Of a stretch of DNA of 64,000 nt, positions 17,428-28,464 are shown one piece after another. The notes under the pieces were generated by a model. That model saw only the letters and a list, made by a program, of their open reading frames with translations. It did no database searches and had not been told where the DNA came from. The first letter of the stretch is position 1. Each line of letters begins with the position of its first letter. Where the stretch lies: positions 47,272-111,271 of IMG/VR virus record IMGVR_UViG_3300045391_006990. One strand, 5' to 3'. The stretch comes from a virus. The translations under genes were made by a program, and so were the position numbers.

Positions 17428-17744
17428 TCTCTTGGGCTCCAATCCTTGCAGTCGTAAACGACCACGCGCAGGTCATAGCCGTGGTCTCTCTTGAAATCGC
17501 GTACGAGCCAGACGTCACCCATCGTGGAGGCGCCGGTCACGCGGAAACGTTTGCCCTCGTAGGTACAGAAGAGCTTCCGTTCCTTGATGAAAGGTTCGAA
17601 GGATGCCTTCTGCCATGCGGGTAGCCGGAAGTGCATGAACATCCAGCGGGCGTAGGCGTCCTGTGTCGGGTCGTCGATGAAACTGTCGACGTGAACTCGC
17701 TCTACCTCGTTTAAGAGGCTCGAGATGTGCGTTTCACCCTTCAT
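17424..17744 (-). CDS. phage hypothetical protein
   Basis: LFCTYEGKRFRVTGASTMGDVWL..GYDLRV motif. Confidence 0.6.
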   Translation of the reverse strand: MKGETHISSLLNEVERVHVDSFIDDPTQDAYARWMFMHFRLPAWQKASFEPFIKERKLFCTYEGKRFRVTGASTMGDVWLVRDFKRDHGYDLRVVVYDCKDWSPRE

Positions 17745-18353
17745 CACCGGCCGCACATATACCAGCCTTCTTCTCCACTTCGCGAGCCGCGTCCATGAGC
17801 CTGCGGTAACCAGGCCCGTTGAAAACGGAGCTCGACGCTAGTCGGCGCAAGTGGTGCGCCACCGTATGTGCGATGAGAGGCTGCACCGACGAGGTGACGT
17901 CGATCTTCTTGCCCACCACCTTCCGCACTTCGGGCCCGGCGCCGCCGAGCTTCTGAGAGACCGGTACGAAGTAGAACTTACCCGTTGTTTGGCTGAACAG
18001 GACTTGGTTCCGCTCCATCCCGAGCCACGCGCCCATTCCGCTTACGGCTTGGTCGGGGTGCGGCTGCTTCTGCTTTTGGCTTCTCCGCATTCTCTTCTTC
18101 AGGCTCAAGTCGGGCCCCGCAGAAGGGGCACCATTTGCAGAGGCCGTAGACCGTGTTCTTGAATTCGCTCTTGAAGCCATACTTGCTCTCGTCGCCTTTC
18201 TTGGCCTTGGGGAAGTAAATGACCACCGCCGTACGCACCTGCAACCGGCCACCCTTCGGCATGAACAACTGACCGGTTTGAATGCCGATGCGCTGGTTGT
18301 CGCTAGCACGACCGCAGGCGAGCTCCATCGCCGGGCAGCAGAACTTGAACTTC

Positions 18354-18629
18354 TTAGACATAGAGCGGTTCCTTGTGCACTATGGCCGCGGCCAAGGCCT
18401 CATCGAAGGCCTCGAACAAGATGGTGATGATCTCGATGCCCATGTTGGTCTCCGAGGCATTGCCGAGACCGCGGCGGTCGAGCTCATCGAAGATCTGGCG
18501 CTGCGTCATGCCGCATTTGTCGAGCGCCTCGTACATGTCGTCCTCGGTCGCATGCGGAGGCAACCGCTCACGTACCGCGTCTTCGTAAAGTTGGATGATG
18601 TCGCTGTCCTCAGGATTGTGGTTTTTCAT
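18354..18629 (-). CDS. hypothetical protein
   Basis: Preceded by GGGGATAAGA (18649-18658) and a GAGG SD. Confidence 0.55.
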   Translation of the reverse strand: MKNHNPEDSDIIQLYEDAVRERLPPHATEDDMYEALDKCGMTQRQIFDELDRRGLGNASETNMGIEIITILFEAFDEALAAAIVHKEPLYV

Positions 18630-19001
18630 CAGGTGTTCCCCTCAGGCTTCTTATCCCCCAGCAGCTCGAGCAGTTTCTCCGGGGAGCTAGGAGGAAGGCC
18701 CCCAAGGGAGGCCAGTTCCCGTTGCCCCTTCTCCCAGGCGCGCGCGGCTGCGGCGCCCGGGTCAGGAGCTTCTACGAAAGCGATGACGCCTGGTGTGGAA
18801 TCGAGCGCGATGAGCTCGAAGCACCATTCCATGGGCTCGACTTTGAACGTGTACTTCGCACCGTCTTTGTCGATGCGCACCGCGAACATCGCGGGCCTTG
18901 TCGGTGCACGTGGCTCGAAGCCAGGGCAGTCGGTGCAACCTTCAGCAAGACACGGCCTGTTACGCAGCGTGAAATGCGACCCCTCCTCATGGACGCAGTG
19001 C

Positions 19002-19715
19002 TTACATAGCAATGTCGGCTCCCCACTCGAAGTACTCGTTGGCGCGATGAATGGCCGCGTATTCCTCCGGCAGCAACCGCCGCTGGATGGGGTAGGTATG
19101 GCCGTACACGATCAGGCTGTTCCACTTGGCGGGAACGAGAGCGAGCACCTCACGCTGGCTCAAGTACTGAAACATCTCGACGCTGCCGCAAGCAGTACCG
19201 TCGAAGTTCGAACCCAAGTAGATGATGGTACGCGCCCCACGGAGCAGGTCGACAATGCGGCGCTGCCCGTGAACCTCCGGCCAGGACACGAAGGCCACAT
19301 CGATGAAGTGGCCGTGGCGTGCGTACTCCTCGAAGTACTCACCCACGAGTGTGATGCTCGGGTGCGGAGTAAAGACCATGTGGTGGCTGTACATCTTGTC
19401 GATGGCAGTCACCGTATGCGCGCCCAGCTCCTGCAGCTTCTTGGCCAGCGCCAGCTGCCCTGCCCCGATGTCGTGGACGTTGTAGCCCATCACGAACCTG
19501 CGGAGCACCGCTTCTTGTTCGTCGTTGAGCTTCCCGTGGGAGATGAAGTTCATGAGAGTACCGTCTGGGTTGTACATAGGCATGAAGCCGTAGCACCAGC
19601 AAGGGTTGTCGGGATCGTGCGCGTAGGCACAGGCATCGTTGCGAAGGAGAGTCTTGGCGGTATGGTCGACGCGCAGGTCGCCACACACGCAGCGATCAAT
19701 TTGCGACTGTGACAA
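19002..19715 (-). CDS. putative class I SAM-dependent methyltransferase
   Basis: VHDIGAG glycine loop, TAID, FVSWP, IYLG; start uncertain. Confidence 0.6.
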   Translation of the reverse strand: MSQSQIDRCVCGDLRVDHTAKTLLRNDACAYAHDPDNPCWCYGFMPMYNPDGTLMNFISHGKLNDEQEAVLRRFVMGYNVHDIGAGQLALAKKLQELGAHTVTAIDKMYSHHMVFTPHPSITLVGEYFEEYARHGHFIDVAFVSWPEVHGQRRIVDLLRGARTIIYLGSNFDGTACGSVEMFQYLSQREVLALVPAKWNSLIVYGHTYPIQRRLLPEEYAAIHRANEYFEWGADIAM

Positions 19716-19735
19716 TGTACGGTAGCCTTTTCTTC

Positions 19736-19873
19736 ATGAAGGAATATCTCTCCAAGGCCTGGCCCGTTCTTCTCTTCGGGCTCGTCATCATCGTCGGGTT
19801 GGAGATGGCGGTAACAGCCCACCAGTGCGCGTACACCGGTGGGCATTGGTATGTGTTCTGGTGCTCGCCGTAG
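19736..19873 (+). CDS. small membrane protein (45 aa), likely leaderless
   Basis: MKEYLSKAWPVLLFGLVIIVGLEM...; TAGCCT 7 nt upstream; not in the ORF track. Confidence 0.5.
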   Translation: MKEYLSKAWPVLLFGLVIIVGLEMAVTAHQCAYTGGHWYVFWCSP

Positions 19874-19875
19874 CT

Positions 19876-21684
19876 TCAGCCTTCCGGAACCTTGGCATCC
19901 ACGCCCTCTTTCACTTTGTAGTTTCGTAACAGCACGCGCCCTTCTTCGGGCCCCTTCCAGAAGCCTTCGATACGAATCTGCTTGCGGAGCGAGCGACCAG
20001 CACCGTGCGCTTGGTTGCGCCAATGCCCGCGCACGAAGTGCTGTACGGTCAGCGGCCCACCACCCGTACGCCTCTTGCCTTTGATGTAGTCGAGCAGGTG
20101 CTGCCGCAGGTCGATTTGCACCGGCGCGCTGAGCATGAAGCGGCTCACCGAGAAGTCGGGTACATCTGACTCGCGCTTCGGTTTCTTCGTGTTGGCTGCT
20201 TTGTCCTTGAACGACTGCCGCTTGTACTCATCGGGATTCGACAAGGCCAAGCAGGCGCCCTTCACGAGCAACCTCATCGCGTGGATGATGGCCACGGCCG
20301 CAGGCTCGGCCTGGACCTTCTTGTCACCCAGCAGCGCTGCGAACAGCTCCTCACTGAGCGGGCCTTGAATCTCGCCGTCGCCGCCCACCAAGAACTCGAT
20401 GTCCGTACCACGCACCCACATGCGCGTGTACGTCACCGCACCCTCAGGCTCACCGAACAAACCCGGCGGGATCACGAGGCTCCAGGCTTTCCATGGCGCC
20501 AGCACTTCGATGTCGTCTGGTACGTCGGTGAGAGCCAACGTGGCGGCGAGCTTGTGCCCAACCTCCAGCTTGGGAAAGCCAGCAGCGAGCCAGTCGTGGC
20601 CAAAGTCCTGCAGCTGGCCGGAGAACGGCTTCCCGCGCAGTACGCCGTTCATCTTCTCGAGCAGCTTTCGCACCTCTGGCGTCTTGTGCGAGTAGTAGCC
20701 GATGAGCGAACTGATGAGCTCGTTCACGCGCGTCGGCTCGAGGTCTGTGGCGAAGGAGTAGACCGGGTCGAACACGTAGGCTGCCGCCATCAGCAGCACC
20801 TCGACGTTCGTTGCGCTGGCACCGCCTGGAGGCACCGGCGCCTTGCGCGCTCGCTGCCGAACCTCTTCCCACTTCGTGTTGAAGCCCGGCAATAGCTTGG
20901 TGAGCTCGGCGTCCAGCCTGTCTCGCTCCTCCTCGTCACGAGCGAGCGTGTCGCGTAGTTCGATGAGGTCTTCGTTCTCGCGATGTATCTGCTCGAGTAT
21001 CTCTTTGGCCTGAGCCGGTGGGTAGCCGTCTAATGCCTTGAGCAGCTGCTTCGATACATCGGAAATCCGCTCTCTGTCGTCGCCAAGCTTCGCACGCTCA
21101 GCACGTATCTGCGCCAGCCGATCGACGATGGAGGACTCCTCCTTCTTGAGGTCCGCCATGCCCTGCTCCGGTGTCCTGTCGCCCAGCCACTTCTTCAGAT
21201 TGTACGTGCCGTTCAGAAGAGGCCTGTCCGCCAGCAAGTGGCCTCCGATGGATTCAAGCAGCGGGCTGCGTCCGTGAAGGCGAAGACGGCTGCCTGTGCC
21301 CGCGTCTTGTGCGTCGAGATGGATCTGCAACGTACCGTTGTGGCCCCTAGCCATGAACAGCACCCGCACGGCTCCGCTGGGCGTCGGCGCCAAGCAGCGG
21401 GCGATAAGGCTCTCACGCGGTACCTCAGGCAGCGCCGGTTCGCCAGCTACATTGCTTGCACCGATGTCGGCCAAGAACTTCCGTAGCTCGCTCTTTGCGA
21501 CAACGGAGTAGTGCATCGACTGCGGTGGTAGCCCGAGCACCACCACCGAGTCCTGCATGCTTTCGTGCGTCTCACCTTTCGCCCGCAGCTGAATCGCGAT
21601 CTCCCGCGACGCAGCGGTCAGTCTATCCATCAACTCTGGCGGAAGGTCGATCTCCGAGTCGTTGCGGAACAACGTCTCACTCAC
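19876..21684 (-). CDS. large phage hypothetical protein
   Basis: Central coiled coil; C-terminal HFVRGHWRNQ..FWKG motif; GTGA coupling. Confidence 0.7.
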   Translation of the reverse strand: MSETLFRNDSEIDLPPELMDRLTAASREIAIQLRAKGETHESMQDSVVVLGLPPQSMHYSVVAKSELRKFLADIGASNVAGEPALPEVPRESLIARCLAPTPSGAVRVLFMARGHNGTLQIHLDAQDAGTGSRLRLHGRSPLLESIGGHLLADRPLLNGTYNLKKWLGDRTPEQGMADLKKEESSIVDRLAQIRAERAKLGDDRERISDVSKQLLKALDGYPPAQAKEILEQIHRENEDLIELRDTLARDEEERDRLDAELTKLLPGFNTKWEEVRQRARKAPVPPGGASATNVEVLLMAAAYVFDPVYSFATDLEPTRVNELISSLIGYYSHKTPEVRKLLEKMNGVLRGKPFSGQLQDFGHDWLAAGFPKLEVGHKLAATLALTDVPDDIEVLAPWKAWSLVIPPGLFGEPEGAVTYTRMWVRGTDIEFLVGGDGEIQGPLSEELFAALLGDKKVQAEPAAVAIIHAMRLLVKGACLALSNPDEYKRQSFKDKAANTKKPKRESDVPDFSVSRFMLSAPVQIDLRQHLLDYIKGKRRTGGGPLTVQHFVRGHWRNQAHGAGRSLRKQIRIEGFWKGPEEGRVLLRNYKVKEGVDAKVPEG

Positions 21685-22763
21685 GAGCAATCTTCTTCCC
21701 AACTAGGAGAAGACCAAGCGCCGCGATCGTCGATACCAGGACGAGGGTCGAAGCGCGTCGGCTTTAGCACCGGAGGCAGGTACACCTTGCGCTTGGTGAA
21801 AACCAGGCTTCCCTGCACCGTGCGCTCAGTGCCCTGCTCAGCTTCGGCCTTGAGCTCGCATTCGCCGCACACCAGACCTTCGTCCCTGCCGAACGACAGG
21901 TTGGTCTTCAAGCTGCAACCGCAGCCAGAGCAGACCGGATTCAGTGGAGGGATGACGATGTCGTCCGCAGGCTTTTGCATAGCCTCGGAGACTCGTTGCT
22001 GCTGCTCTTTGTCCGCAGCAACCTGCCTTGCGATCTCCGCCTGCAGAGCCTCTTGCTTCTTCAGCATCACATCTTCCTCACCAGCATGGGCGAAGACCTC
22101 GGCGCGCGTGAAGATGTGGCTGCACTCCAACGCGTCCTTGGAGTCCTCACCGTCGTAGCGCAGCCAGCGGCTGCGTTCTCCACGGCCTTTCATACGGTAC
22201 GCCATACGGCTTGCGTTAGGGTCAGCCATCCAGGTGCAGCCGCTGACCGCATCCGTATTCTTGCGCACGAACATGAACGTACGCGGGGACGCCACAATGT
22301 TGGCGCGTTTGCCGATGTGCGTGATGCTCAAGAACTGGCTCATGACGCTGAGCATCATGCCGCCATGCGCTTCGAGGACCTGCTCGCGACTCTCCGCGTC
22401 GACGTTGTTGCTATTGGTGATGTACCGCACCATGTAGGCGTGCGGTGAATCATCCAGCCACGTTGAAGGAAGCCCGGTGTTGGGCTCGCCGTTGTTCATG
22501 CGCAGGTAGATCTCCAGCGCTTCCCTAACCGAGTCAGCCAGGTTGTTGTAGTTCCAGTTCTGATACTGGAACCAGCGGTGACGTACGGTACCGTCCTGCA
22601 GCTTGATAGTGAGGCAGTAGTCGTAGTGAAAGCCGCCGCTGGACTGTTCCTTGCGTTCGCACAGCGACAGGACCTCTGCGAAGTGCTGCAACAGGTCCTT
22701 CACCCATTGCTGCTTCGACCAGTGCTCGGGCCTGCCCTTATTGGTGTTGGTTGCGTAGGTCAT
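21681..22763 (-). CDS. hypothetical protein
   Basis: AAGGAG SD; AGGGATAAGA upstream (22802-22811); C-terminal CxxC pairs. Confidence 0.65.
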   Translation of the reverse strand: MTYATNTNKGRPEHWSKQQWVKDLLQHFAEVLSLCERKEQSSGGFHYDYCLTIKLQDGTVRHRWFQYQNWNYNNLADSVREALEIYLRMNNGEPNTGLPSTWLDDSPHAYMVRYITNSNNVDAESREQVLEAHGGMMLSVMSQFLSITHIGKRANIVASPRTFMFVRKNTDAVSGCTWMADPNASRMAYRMKGRGERSRWLRYDGEDSKDALECSHIFTRAEVFAHAGEEDVMLKKQEALQAEIARQVAADKEQQQRVSEAMQKPADDIVIPPLNPVCSGCGCSLKTNLSFGRDEGLVCGECELKAEAEQGTERTVQGSLVFTKRKVYLPPVLKPTRFDPRPGIDDRGAWSSPSWEEDCS

Positions 22764-22803
22764 GAAACTCCTTCTGGCTTCGTACGAAGCCTCTCAGTGT
22801 CTC

Positions 22804-23313
22804 TTATCCCTGGCAGCTGAACCAATCTGCGAGCTTGTAGCCAAGGGTTTCGAGTACGACGTTGTCGTCGGTGCGCAACTGGGCAAAACGCTGGAACCGC
22901 TTAGTGAGCTCGGACGACACCGTCTTTCTGGACAGTGCTGTCGCCTGCTCTCCGGCCCGGGTGATCACACTGCGATCGCGCAAAGACCATAGGTCAAGAG
23001 TAGCCCCCGCGATGTGCTCAACTACAAGCGCGTCGAACTCGAGCGACTCACGTGTAACCCCGCTGAAGATTCTGATCGCGTCACTCACTTCATCAGACAA
23101 GTGTAGCGGCAGGTCCGCTGGGGCTCGTCGCGTATCCAAGGTGAGCCAGTGCGCGGCTTCATGGAGGAAGTACTCCGTGCGTGCGAACTCGAGTCTGTTA
23201 ACAATGAGCTCGTCGAAGTCGAGTGAATACTTGTTGTAGAGGCCGACCGCGATCTTCTCGCACGTGTCCCAAGCCTTCAGCCGCATCATTCTGGAAGTCT
23301 GTTTAGCTGCCAT
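22804..23313 (-). CDS. HExxH-containing hypothetical protein
   Basis: FLHEAAHW...E; GGGAATAAGA 6 nt upstream of ATG 23313. Confidence 0.5.
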   Translation of the reverse strand: MAAKQTSRMMRLKAWDTCEKIAVGLYNKYSLDFDELIVNRLEFARTEYFLHEAAHWLTLDTRRAPADLPLHLSDEVSDAIRIFSGVTRESLEFDALVVEHIAGATLDLWSLRDRSVITRAGEQATALSRKTVSSELTKRFQRFAQLRTDDNVVLETLGYKLADWFSCQG

Positions 23314-23406
23314 CCTGTCTCTTATTCCCTGAGGAAGTACAAGCATGTCACGTCGAGGGACAATCTGCGACTTGTACGCAAGATGAACCACCCCTAGGCT
23401 AAAAAG

Positions 23407-23568
23407 ATGGTCATCGCCTGGTTCCCCATCCTCGTCGCCGTCATCGGTATCCTGCTCTGGTTCATCTCCGCGAACGGCAAGGTCCAGGAAGCAGGCCGCA
23501 TCATGTTCTTCTGCGGCCTGCTCGCTCTGTGCTTCGCGCTGTCGCGCGATACCGTCCGCCTACTCTGA
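23407..23568 (+). CDS. small two-TM membrane protein (53 aa), likely leaderless
   Basis: MVIAWFPILVAVIGILLWFISANGKVQEAGRIMFFCGLLALCF...; TAGGCT 6 nt upstream; not in the ORF track. Confidence 0.6.
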   Translation: MVIAWFPILVAVIGILLWFISANGKVQEAGRIMFFCGLLALCFALSRDTVRLL

Positions 23569-24090
23569 GCTCGGTTCGACCCGGCTCATCACCAAGGCGA
23601 CAGCCTTGTCGATGTCCCACTCGTAGCGAGCGCGCGTCTGCTTATTGAGCCGCACACGCCAGAGGTGGCCGATGTTGTGGTGGTCCAGCTTGTTCCTGAT
23701 GTCACTGGGCATGTCCTGCGCCTTCACATCGCGAGGCGACGTCTTGGGCGAGAACTTGATGATCTCGATGCCTGTGGGCAGAGCCTGCACGCGCTCCCAC
23801 ATCGAGTTGTAGTCGATGCCCTCAACGATAGCCGTCGGGTCCACGAATATGGGCGATGTGGGAGACACCTCTTCCACGAGGTTCATACTCCACTCGTAAG
23901 CAGAATCGGAGTGCTTGGCGTACTGTCCGTCAAGTGGATACAGGAAGCTCTTCGTATCGTGGATACGCAGACAGGCCATCAGTAGATTGGCGCTGTTTTC
24001 GGCGAAGCATACGTACTTGTGGCCAGCTCGGTCCCTATAGAAGCTTCCAAGCTGTAGATGTAGCTGGGGGAGGATAGTAGCTCTCGACAC
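23560..24090 (-). CDS. hypothetical protein
   Basis: AAGGAG SD before GTG. Confidence 0.55.
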   Translation of the reverse strand: MSRATILPQLHLQLGSFYRDRAGHKYVCFAENSANLLMACLRIHDTKSFLYPLDGQYAKHSDSAYEWSMNLVEEVSPTSPIFVDPTAIVEGIDYNSMWERVQALPTGIEIIKFSPKTSPRDVKAQDMPSDIRNKLDHHNIGHLWRVRLNKQTRARYEWDIDKAVALVMSRVEPSSE

Positions 24091-24452
24091 CGTAAATCTC
24101 CTTGTTCATACGAAGGCCTTCAACCACACGCAGCTCGAAGACCAACTCTTCGCAGAGCCGCTCGCACTCGTCGAGCTCCAGCGTCACGGTGTGGCAGGCA
24201 CAGCACGCACCAGGGTCCTTGCGTTCGATGTAGCGGGCAAGGACCTTGACGTACTTGGGGCTCAAGAAGCCCGAACAGCTCCGACACACGTAGATGATCG
24301 GAGCGTTATCGTAACCGGCTACCTCGGCATATCCCGCAGGTAGCCTTTCCACCATGCCCATAGCAAGAGCAGGGCGGCCAGGGTGTACAGCACGCCAACC
24401 TTCGTCACCAACCACTCCTGGTCGTTCATCCATGCGGGCCTCAGCAACTTCA

Positions 24453-25325
24453 TCATCGACGGTTATTATCGCGTGCCCTGATGGCTACATCCAAGCAGGC
24501 GCTGAGCGCGAGGATCTCGGAGCGATTCATGTCCCCGATGGAGTCGAAGGGGCGCGCCATGTTGTTGAGCTTTGGCAGTATCTCGGTATGGTAGAGCTCC
24601 ATGTTCAACCGCTGTTGCTCGTGCTTGTCCACTTCTGTCGGAGCCGGATCTGCCCCTTTGGTACCGCCAGGCATGAGCCGCTCCATGTCTTGATTGAACT
24701 CTTGAAGTGCCTGCCCGACTTCTTTGTGCTCGCCGTCGACCTTCTCCATGAACAGGAGCACCATGTTGACCAGCGAGCCGAGCGTTTGCATGCCCTGCTC
24801 GATTTTGCCGATAGCCACGTGCGATGGCATGTCGGCCAACGGCGTGGGGCCTCGCAGACTGGGGTCGATGACGTGCTTCTTGAACTCTTCGAATTCCGTG
24901 CGCGCATGACGAAGCCAGTCTTCGCCCTCCATGTCGGGCGCATCGTCGAGCTCCTGCTTCACCTCTTCGGTGCTGCGCCCTTCCAGTGGTACGGAGAGTG
25001 TGGCGATCCAACCACGAATGGCTGAACGCGAGAACCCGCGATTGCGGTTGACCAGGTCCTGCATGTACCCGAGCGCGTAGCTCAACCGGCGCGTCGTGTC
25101 TTTGCTGAGCTCCTGATAGTCCCTGTACTGCTTGGTATCCACCAATGTCTTGCCGTTGAGCAGCCCTTCGACCGTTTTGATGAACGCGGTTAGGTAACGC
25201 GGCGGTACCTCATGCAGGAAGGCGGTGCTGCTGTCTCGATTCTTTTCCCAAAGGTCGTCGAGCTTGGTCAGCAGCTCTTGGTCACCGCTGTACTTGAGCA
25301 GCTCATCGTTGAAAGTTCTAGGCAT
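24453..25325 (-). CDS. helical hypothetical protein
   Basis: 290 aa ORF with TAATG coupling. Confidence 0.65.
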   Translation of the reverse strand: MPRTFNDELLKYSGDQELLTKLDDLWEKNRDSSTAFLHEVPPRYLTAFIKTVEGLLNGKTLVDTKQYRDYQELSKDTTRRLSYALGYMQDLVNRNRGFSRSAIRGWIATLSVPLEGRSTEEVKQELDDAPDMEGEDWLRHARTEFEEFKKHVIDPSLRGPTPLADMPSHVAIGKIEQGMQTLGSLVNMVLLFMEKVDGEHKEVGQALQEFNQDMERLMPGGTKGADPAPTEVDKHEQQRLNMELYHTEILPKLNNMARPFDSIGDMNRSEILALSACLDVAIRARDNNRR

Positions 25326-26505
25326 TACTTCATCCTTGCGCGGGCTGCGCCCACGCGGGCATTGAGGATCCGGACGGCGTCGCGGAACTCACCGCGCATA
25401 GTGACGCCCTCAGTGGACGACAAAGGCCAGCCGGCGGCTTCGATGAATTCGAGCACCTTCTGCGCCGCGTCGACCAGGTCCTTTTGCTGTTTCTCTTCGT
25501 CCTCATCGGGTAGCAGCTGCCCGAAGCCCATGGAGGCTACGGTCTTGAGCGTTTCACGCCGTTTGGCGTACAACTCACTATTGCGCAGGTGCGCCGGCAC
25601 GTCGGCAATTTCCATGAACTCGGTCGCTGCGTTCATCACCGCCTGCAGCCGATCTCCCATAGCTTCACGATTCATCCACGTTCTCCTTCGCCAGTCATCC
25701 ACGTAAGCCCGCAGTCAGGGCACGTGTACATGAGGCAGATGTTGGACCAAGGCGGGCCTCTCCTTTTGCATTCGGAGCACGGCCCGCTCTTCATCCTACG
25801 GTGCGTACAGGTAAGGCCGCGCAGCACGAGCAGCGCAGCATGTAGTTTCACGCTCACGACAGGTTCTCGGTGAACACGCACCTCGTGAAGGCCAGCACTT
25901 GGCCGTGTACGAGCTGCCAATCCATGAGGAACCCGCGCTCCTTCCAGAAGTCGGTGACGAGCTCGATGACGTCGGGGCGCAAGTCACCGTTGGGCAGGCG
26001 CGCACAGTCCTGCACGAAGCGCACGAACTCTGTCCGATGCCTGCCCATGCGGCGAGCGTGCAGTGGCGCCTCGAGCGGCACGTGCGGCTCGCCCATCAGC
26101 CTCAGTGCGTCTCCCCAGAGGATTCGGTATCCGGGTTGTCCCGATCGATGCGCATGTACTCCCGAACACCGTCCATCCACCACACGTACCACGTGCTTCC
26201 TTCGACTCGAGCCTTTTCCACGATGCTTTCCCATGACTCACCATCCCAGAGCTGGCTGATCGCAGCCATGCTCGTCTTGTCCTGGCTCTCGATAGTTGCG
26301 TTGATCCAGGTGCTGAGCGAGAAGCTGTAGTACTCCTCGTCCTGACTTTCCAGCTGGATGATACTACCGTTTGGGAACTGTTCGTTTAGCGGCATCGACA
26401 TGCGGCTTCTCCTTGGACGCACCTTTCACCGAGCTGCGCACCAGCACGAACTCACGCATCCCCGGTGTGGTTGGAGGCACCTCTTCAAAGCGCAGGCCCT
26501 TCTTT

Positions 26506-26796
26506 CTACTTGCCATCGAACCTCCTCGGCAGGCGCTGGCGGTACTTTAGCTGCAGCACCAACACCACCCAGTAAAAGTTGCCGCCTACGAGCAGCAACC
26601 CTGCTCCAAACGAGAACCACTGCCCGAGACTCGGGTAGTAGAAGATGTTCCAAAGACCCCACGCTGTGAAGAAGGCGGTGGTGGGCCAATAGACTCCCTT
26701 GACTTCGCGCTCTTCCAGCAATTGGAAGTAGTTGCGCCAAGTGAAGTAGGCACCAACCAACTCGAAGAGCGCGTTCACGATGTCATTCCAACTCAT
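26506..26796 (-). CDS. PQ-loop/SemiSWEET-like three-TM membrane protein
   Basis: Three hydrophobic helices with an EVKGVYW loop and AWGLWNIFYY. Confidence 0.55.
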   Translation of the reverse strand: MSWNDIVNALFELVGAYFTWRNYFQLLEEREVKGVYWPTTAFFTAWGLWNIFYYPSLGQWFSFGAGLLLVGGNFYWVVLVLQLKYRQRLPRRFDGK

Positions 26797-27502
26797 CGGT
26801 TCTCCAGTTACTTGTGGGCGATGTAGCCGCTGAAGGCGTCACTCGGCCCCGTCTACTTCTGGTTTTCCGTCGTATCTGACCCATGCGATAGCCTCCGGTT
26901 TGACGCACACGACCTTGTCGATAAAGAGCAGCGGGTAGTTGCCGTCTGTACGACAGCGAGCAAAGAGCCGGTTACGCCGCTCCTGCACCAGCTGCCTGTA
27001 ACCTTCTTCGGCAAGTGCTACGGCCTTCCCGCGCTCAGCCTCCTGTGCGGACTTGTCTTTCTCGGCGGTACGCTCGATCTTCGCTAGGGCCCAGTATCGG
27101 CGGAACACGACGGTAGCTCCGATCACCACACTGAAGACGACGAACAACCAAACCCAAAGAGGGATGCCTGGTTCCTTGATGTAGCGCCGTTGCATGCGGT
27201 TGAGCTCTTGTTGGTTCATGTAGCAAAGTTCTCCTTGGGGCATGAAGGACGCTCGAATTCGCTGGGCGTGCAGTAGAAGCAGCCAGCGTCGAAGGCGCCG
27301 TCGCAGGCACAACCGTGCTCGGCGATCTTGCAGTTGTTGCACTTCCCACAGACGCCCTTGAGCGCGCGGCTCGTGCAGGTGCAGACAGCATAGTCCTCAC
27401 GCTCTTCTTCGGTCATCTTGAAGGCGACCGTGCGCGGCATGTTTTCTGGCAGCGTGTAGTACAGCTTACCGCCACAAAGGGCGCAGTGTTTGGTCAGGTC
27501 CA

Positions 27503-27844
27503 TCATGGTTTCCTCATCGTTCGAAGCAACTTGGCGAAGTCTCCGCAGGTGTAACGATACTTCTCGACGATGGCTGCTTCATTCATCTCTGCGATCAGCA
27601 GCTCATCTGGGCTTGGAACAAGGTCGCGTAGTTTCGGGTGTAGGTAGATGGCTTGCTCAGCATTTGCCATGCTGCCGTACTTCTCGAACTCTTTGGATTC
27701 GTGCTTGATGCCAACCATGTAAGCCAACATCCGCAAGTTGAATCTCCCGAGATTCGCAAGCTTATCAACCGAGAGCTTCTTGAGCTCTACAACCGGCACC
27801 TTCCTAACATCGGCTATACTTAGCGGCTTCTTACCGAAGGCCAT
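27503..27844 (-). CDS. GRFNLR-family hypothetical protein
   Basis: LGRFNLRMLAYMVG...NAEQAIYLH. Confidence 0.6.
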   Translation of the reverse strand: MAFGKKPLSIADVRKVPVVELKKLSVDKLANLGRFNLRMLAYMVGIKHESKEFEKYGSMANAEQAIYLHPKLRDLVPSPDELLIAEMNEAAIVEKYRYTCGDFAKLLRTMRKP

Positions 27845-28204
27845 TCAAGCATGCACTTCCTGCAGCTGCCTGCGCAGCACACGGCGGTCGACCTCGGTGA
27901 GCTCGCCGAGCTTCAACGTACGCTTCGGGCCGCCACCACGCTTCGCCAGGTTGATGAGGAAGCGGATGATGTAGAAGAACATGTAGCCGCACATCAAGAT
28001 GGTGCTCAGCGCCATGGTCTTCGCACTGTGCTCATCCCCCTTGTGGTCCAGGAAGCTGTACCAGCTGTAGGCATAGGCGCCCCAGAGTACGGAGAAGACG
28101 CGCCGGCTCGCACCCGTCAACGAGCAGATGCGGAGCCCACGCCAGTACGACCACATGAGGAAGAGTGCCAAGCCCAGCGCGATCAGCACCCTACCCAACA
28201 ACAT
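27845..28204 (-). CDS. membrane protein
   Basis: Three hydrophobic segments. Confidence 0.55.
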   Translation of the reverse strand: MLLGRVLIALGLALFLMWSYWRGLRICSLTGASRRVFSVLWGAYAYSWYSFLDHKGDEHSAKTMALSTILMCGYMFFYIIRFLINLAKRGGGPKRTLKLGELTEVDRRVLRRQLQEVHA

Positions 28205-28420
28205 GGCGCTCCAGCCAGTTGGTCACGAGCGGTAGAAGCTCGTCGACCTCGGCGCCCTCACATACCGGCGAGTAGGTGCCGAGGTCTATGCAGATTTGCT
28301 CTGGCGTCTGGTTCATCAGATCGACAGGGCCGTCGTTTTCGACACTGTTATCGAGCTCTGCGTCGATCAGTTCTTGTGTGATTCCCATGCGGGACTGCTC
28401 CTTCGAGCCTCTTATGCCCT

Positions 28421-28464
28421 AAAAAAGAAGGCCCTAGCACTGTTAGGTGCCAAGGCCTTTCTAG
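28421..28464. terminator. terminator-like hairpin
   Basis: AAAAAAGAAGGCC..GCAC..GTGC..GGCCTTTCTAGC; next to a GGGCATAAGA motif (28410-28419, minus). Confidence 0.55.

Noticed and set aside
18282-19712. 476-aa plus-strand ORF
   Set aside because: Antisense to three coupled minus-strand genes; composition typical of a GC-rich shadow frame.
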